DNA of 56,835 bases, counting the filler, from Bipalium vagum (taxonomy: Eukaryota), in NCBI GenBank assembly GCA_037834085.1. It is 3 parts of 3 records of this genome, joined end to end, with 100 filler letters (N's around TTAATTAATTAA, not from the genome) between each part and the next. Parts side by side here need not be neighbours in the genome. Positions count along the whole stretch, not along the records: positions 37,081 to 56,835 come from JBBMKC010268526.1; 2 more parts are not named here. One strand, written 5' to 3'. The number at the start of each line of letters is the position of its first letter. Position 1 is the stretch's first letter. The notes beneath the pieces are model-generated. The model ran no database searches. It was not told the DNA's origin and saw only the letters and a list, made by a program, of their open reading frames with translations. This document shows, piece by piece, positions 51,582 through 56,835 of this stretch. The position numbers and the translations under genes are program-made.

Positions 51582-52699
51582 TAATTACTGTAAAATTCTT
51601 TTCATAAATTTATTGCTTAATTAATAAATTGTAAAAAAATATTATTAATTTTACTATTTTTTATAATCGATTTTTAGTGAAAAACTGAATTAATTTTACA
51701 AATCATTGGTATAATCAATAATATTTATTAAATAGATTTTTAAAATATGACTTGTAAAATATTTTATATTGGAAATTTTGATTATTGTAAAATGTAAATA
51801 AAATAGTAATCGTTTTACCATAATCCTGTCTCGATGTTGGGAATCATGTTTTTTGTTTTAATGAATTATATATGGTTTTCAAAATCCCCTATATAATACA
51901 GGCAGCATTTAATGAAGCATTAAGATGAGGGGTGATAATTTAAGTTCAGACAATTTTTTTCTCTTCAAATAAACTGTTGTACAAATTTATGCTGATCATT
52001 TGGACACTTAGGATTTATTTTAATATTTTATAATCGATTAAGGGATTATCAGGAAATGACCAGGAAATCGTTTAAAGATTTAAACAAAAGTAAATTAATA
52101 TGTAAGAACAACTTCAAATTTCAAATTCAATGAAAGAAAATATTTACATTATATTAATAAATAATACTATAGTATAATAATATAATTAAATGAAAGAATT
52201 ATATTTTATTTTTTTATTCTTGGTCTTTCAATTACTGTTTCATTTACTGTACATCTTAGAATCGCCTGTGAAGTATCTTAAAGAAGATTTTTAATAATAT
52301 TATTATTATTACAGGGTATCTGTGTTATATTATATTAACATTTTTCAAATTTTCAACATTATTTTAACATGTAAAATTTAACATTCCCGTGTGTTGTGCT
52401 GTTCAGATAAAATAATTAAAAATAATGAAAGTAATTAGACTACATAGGATTAGCAAAAAGTAGAGCACTAAAACAAAAAATTCGTTTGATAAATTAATAA
52501 CAAAAAATATGTTATATTTATAAAATCAGATAAACATATGTGTGCTTATATGTTTCCTAAATGCTGACCATTAGCATTGAAACATAGATGTAGCCTCTTT
52601 GCAAACCTTTTATAGACCCTTACATTAATATTTTTCAAAGTCACATCTGCTTTTAGCTTTTTAGACCCAACTATACATATCATTGATAAATAAAAACTT

Positions 52700-53300
52700 A
52701 TTACACAAAAAGCTTGGGATTCTCGTCAAAATTCAAAAGCCAGAACATTAGATATACAATCCATTATAGAGTTAATATGATGCTTGGTTGAACAGTATCT
52801 ACTTGTAACCATTGAGAAGAATTCCTCAATAGGATTGATTTTATGAGAATATAGAGGTATATCTTTAAAGCAAATTCTAGTGTCACTCAAACAAGATTTT
52901 TTAATTTCCCTTTTCCGGAATGTTGCATTATCCATAATTAAAATCTGGTCAGGATTGTTACAAATTGTTAAAATAAGGTATGAGATTATATCAAGAAATT
53001 CGTTGAACCTTTTCCATTAAATGATCCTTTTGGCATTTAGAAATCCAGTACTCCTTTTTTAAAAGATTTATCTTTTTGAATTTTCTTCGATTTTTACAAT
53101 TTTTTAAACGGTTTTTTAGCATAACTTAACAGAATTAGCAACTTATGAAATGTATTTGATTCATCTTGTACCATATTTTTTCTAATTATGTAAGTTTTCT
53201 GAAATTCGTAGTTTTCTTTGATCCTCAATGATTGGTTTCTAAAATGTTGAAAATATGTATTAGAGTCATTCTTTTCAAAATGAGATAAATTTGAATTATT
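52700..53300 (-). mobile_element. IS630/Tc1-type (DD34E, DDE_3) transposase fragment
   Basis: MDNATF..PLYSHKINPIEEFFS, with 34 residues between D and E. Confidence 0.75.
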
Positions 53301-53763
53301 ATTACCGAGCTTTCCGAAATATTTAATTCACCAATAAAAACCAAATTAAAACGATTCAATGGTATATTTTATTTACAATTCTAAATCCACCAGTAAAATA
53401 ATCCTATTTCGTCTGAAAAATATTTTTTGTACATTATTATGCAGAATTTTTCTAGTATATTCAAATCTTAGATCGATATTTACTTGTGAATTTCTTGGGA
53501 AGAATTAAATTAATTTAAAAGAGGATTAGATATTTCAGAAAACCCTGCAAAATAATATTAAAACAATGTTGTTAATGTTGATTTCGATTTAGAAACAAAT
53601 TAATTTCTTCAGCACCTAATAATAGATATTTTTAAATATTACTAAGTTTTATATTATATTAATATCTTTAGTCTTTATTATTACTACAGTATATACAATA
53701 TTTTCTACCTGTCCTAATACCTAAACAATCAGTCCTTATATAACCAAACTCCATCCATTTTAG

Positions 53764-54185
53764 ACAGTGGTCAGATTGAGTCGTCAGATATGTTAAATGC
53801 CTATTCCGCCAAATCTTCAGCACATGTTCCAGGTTGTCGCAGTCTTCCAAATGTCAACTACATCGGATTACAAAATCAAGTTTATTATACAAACCCGGTT
53901 CTAATCAACAATGTCAATAATGATGTAACAGGTAAGTTGAACGAGTTGATAACCCATTGTTTGATGGACCTATCTATCTCAGATTCTCTGGATTTCAGTT
54001 ATGATGACAATTCTAGCTACAAAGAAGAAGCTGTATCCGTCAGAAATCACTATGTTAGGGACAATTCGCACAGACAATATAAATCCAAGAGAAATAACGA
54101 TGATTTTAGTTCAAACTACGGCTTTAAGTATTTCTGCGCACATGAACCTTCAAGAAGCAAAGATTTTGTAGAATATATTGCCTAA
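53764..54185 (+). CDS. Probable terminal exon of an unidentified gene
   Basis: A TTTTAG acceptor at 53763 is in frame with a roughly 140-codon open frame ending ..KDFVEYIA*. An AATAAA follows near 54345. No recognisable domain. Confidence 0.5.
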
Positions 54186-54475
54186 AAAATGATATTTCAT
54201 TAGTTGAAGATGCGCTTTGAGCTGTAGAGCAGCTTATAAATTTTATAGATTAGCTCATTAGCTCACGATATTTTTTAATTAAGTTCAGTATAATTTGTAT
54301 TTTTTATTACAGTACTATTATTTGACATTATTTTTTGCGATTAAAATAAAATTTCAATAGCAGTTATACAGATTTGTTCAAATTGCATTTACCCATTGTA
54401 TTAGTTGATTTTTGTATTGGAAAGGAAATTATTATCGAAGAATAATTTGTGATTTTACTCCTAACACGCTCATAT

Positions 54476-54765
54476 CGACGACGACGATGATGATGATGAT
54501 GATAAAAGATCAATATCGTGACGATGAAGATGACGATGCAGAAGCATGAGGATGACAATGAGGATGATGAAAATGGTGATAGGGATGATGATAATGATGA
54601 TGATAATGATGATGCTATGAATGATGATGATAATGATGATGCTGATGATGCTGATGATAATGATGATAATGATGATGCTGATGATGATATTGATGATGAT
54701 CAGAATTATGAGGATGAGGATAATGATGAAAATAAAAATGAGGATAATGATGATGATGATGATGG
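54476..54765. repeat. Degenerate (GAT)n/(GAC)n trinucleotide repeat
   Basis: The GATGAT/AATGAT array explains the poly-Asp, poly-Met and poly-His ORFs in the track. Confidence 0.88.
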
Positions 54766-56835
54766 TTATTTATTTTAATAAAAATATGATTACCAATTTC
54801 ATGTTTCTGTTTGAACTCAATTTTCAACCGTATCCTATGAAAGAACAGAAATTCTATTTCGTTGCTATGGTAATATTAATTCAAGATATATGCAGACTGG
54901 TGATAGTGATTCGGTGAAATAAAATTTGTCTCTTGTAATTTGTTTTAATTAGATTGACAACTTATTAAAATTGTAGCTTTTCATTTGGATGGAAGAAGAT
55001 CAGCAGTAATGAGATTACTTATTTTGCATATTTTTTAACTTTGTACGAAATTCATGTTTTGGACATAATTCGAGTATTGTTATTGAAGACAATATGTTAT
55101 ATCTTATATTATTTATGATCTGCAGTTAAATAAAGAACTGGAGTGGGTAAAATAAAAATTTCGACGTTTTTATATTTATTAATATAATAATAAAATTTCA
55201 AGTTCAGTAATGAGTAGTATGTGACGATTTTCAGTAGTAGATATAATAAGAAAATTGATAATGAAAAATCGTTAAATAAAAAAAAAGAGGTAACTAAAAT
55301 TAATACATATTTTCACGAATAAATAAATCCATAACAAAAACATTTGACAAAAATGTATTTATTTTTACAATCTATGCTTTTCTATAACCTTTACTTAAAA
55401 GATTCTTTTTTCCTTTTGATTTTTCCGCTAGAAAAATTTTTTTCAGTAAATTAATATTAAAATAATTTTTAAAAATCAATTGTAAACCGTATTTATTTAT
55501 AATGTTACATAATACTAAAATAAAATTATTATATTTTCATTGTTTAAGTCATCACTTCTGTCAAGAATTTTTAATTTTTTTTTAATTATTTTTTTTATTG
55601 AATGAACCTTCAATTTTTAAACGTTAAATGGTTAAATTCAATAAATGTAACATCTTTTTGTGTTCATTTTCAAAATAAATTTTTCATTATTGATTTTCTT
55701 ATAAATATTATATTGAAATATTTAAACAAATTATTTTCATGTGTCTCTTTTTTAATTATTTTTCTTCAGATTTCATTAATTTAAACTTTTACCATTCTTA
55801 ACATTGACATCGTGTTGTTCTTTTATTAAATTGTCTTTGGTTTTTGGTTTCTCCACATTAATAACCAATTTTTTTTTATCGTAATCACTTTTTTCTTGAA
55901 AACTGCCATCTTGTTATTTGAGGGTTTTTAATAATTGCATGTGGTAATTGTAAATTGATTCTAAAGGGTAATGTATTCGGTGGAGAAAAGTTTATCAAAA
56001 AAATGAAGAGTTAAAATAACAAAACAGAGAAATAGGAAATGAAAAAAGACGTGAAGAACACAAAACAGAAAATACTAAGAAAAAGTAAAAAGGATCACTT
56101 ATTTAATCCTGAAGTGTTTGGGTAAGAATATTTTATTCAATTAAAATACTCACCGTTACATTAAATACATAAGTGGAAAGGAATTACCAAGTTTTAAATA
56201 TATTTTTGTAAAAATCTAGTTTTTAAAACTAATAAGTGATAGGTATCCATGTTATTATCTTCTCGATTTGCAAAGATTTTTCTGGCCAAAAAATTATAGA
56301 GATTCTAAAAGAAATGATTAATTCTATGGTTCAGTATTTCTAGATCGGACTAGTATTTGTCTGCTGTGATAGTCTTGCTAGGATCCACCAGTAACAGCCT
56401 ATACAAGCCATGGATCACCAGATAATAAGCATTCTTTTTTTGATGGAGAGAAAGTTTTGGTCAGGGTTTGAGGAGATTGGTCGGAATTTTCCCATTCTAC
56501 TCAGAGTATTTGATAATTGTAGAGAACGTGTTTTCATAAGTTGTTATATGACTCAAATATATAGATTCCTTGCATTGTGTAAAATTAATGATTTGCAAAG
56601 TTATCGTCCTTTTTATTGTGATTCGGTTAATAAATGCGGAATCCGTGGCTGAAGCCAAACATATACAAATGTCTTGCAATTTTCTTTGGACTAACAAGCT
56701 GTTTATCATGTTCTCAAACGGTTTGACTAGATTTTAATTTCACTTTTGTGAGTATTTGAACATATTTTTGAATTTTTAAATTTTTATAAAGTGTCCTTTT
56801 TAAAACTCAATATTCGAAGATTCATTATTTTAATG

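Noticed and set aside
54364-54917. Poly-Asp, poly-Met and poly-His ORFs
   Set aside because: They are by-products of a GAT trinucleotide repeat, with no splice or homology support.
56038-56700. Possible first exon MKKDVKNT..EVFG with a GTAAGA donor, and downstream ORFs
   Set aside because: I found no in-phase downstream exon or recognisable motif within the window.
1-56835. CRISPR arrays, operons or prokaryotic defence systems
   Set aside because: The sequence is spliced eukaryotic DNA, and I saw no repeat-spacer array or prokaryotic gene cluster.

Overview
This is very AT-rich eukaryotic (animal) genomic DNA with three assembly gaps, so the bacterial-style ORF track shows only exon and transposon fragments. 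I reconstructed three spliced host genes by hand. (1) A minus-strand UNC-89/obscurin-like SH3-DH-PH gene (ATG at 19958, exons traced to 2157; no Ig exons recognised, 3' end unresolved). (2) A complete 7-exon ERM (ezrin/radixin/moesin) gene at 21051-24085, head-to-head with the first gene across a scaffold gap. (3) A complete 9-exon outer-dynein-arm docking complex gene (ODAD1/CCDC114/CCDC63 family) at 30834-36701 with an RFX X-box just upstream. The introns fall into a tight 45-56 nt class and a long, often transposon-filled class. The remaining sequence holds decayed mobile DNA: Ty3/Gypsy remnants, many mariner/Tc1 relics, a Brinker-domain pogo, a DD37E-like element, MITEs, tRNA-Ala-derived SINEs, an RLE non-LTR fragment and a degenerate Penelope-type hammerhead. 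A few orphan exons remain unidentified. The genes imply a ciliated, probably muscled invertebrate; the species cannot be determined from this window. I found no well-supported wholly new system. The best leads are a possibly Ig-less, divergent mini-obscurin, a candidate 24-nt cassette micro-exon in the ERM FERM domain, and an abrupt GC shift inside ERM. All family assignments come from recalled motifs, not database searches.
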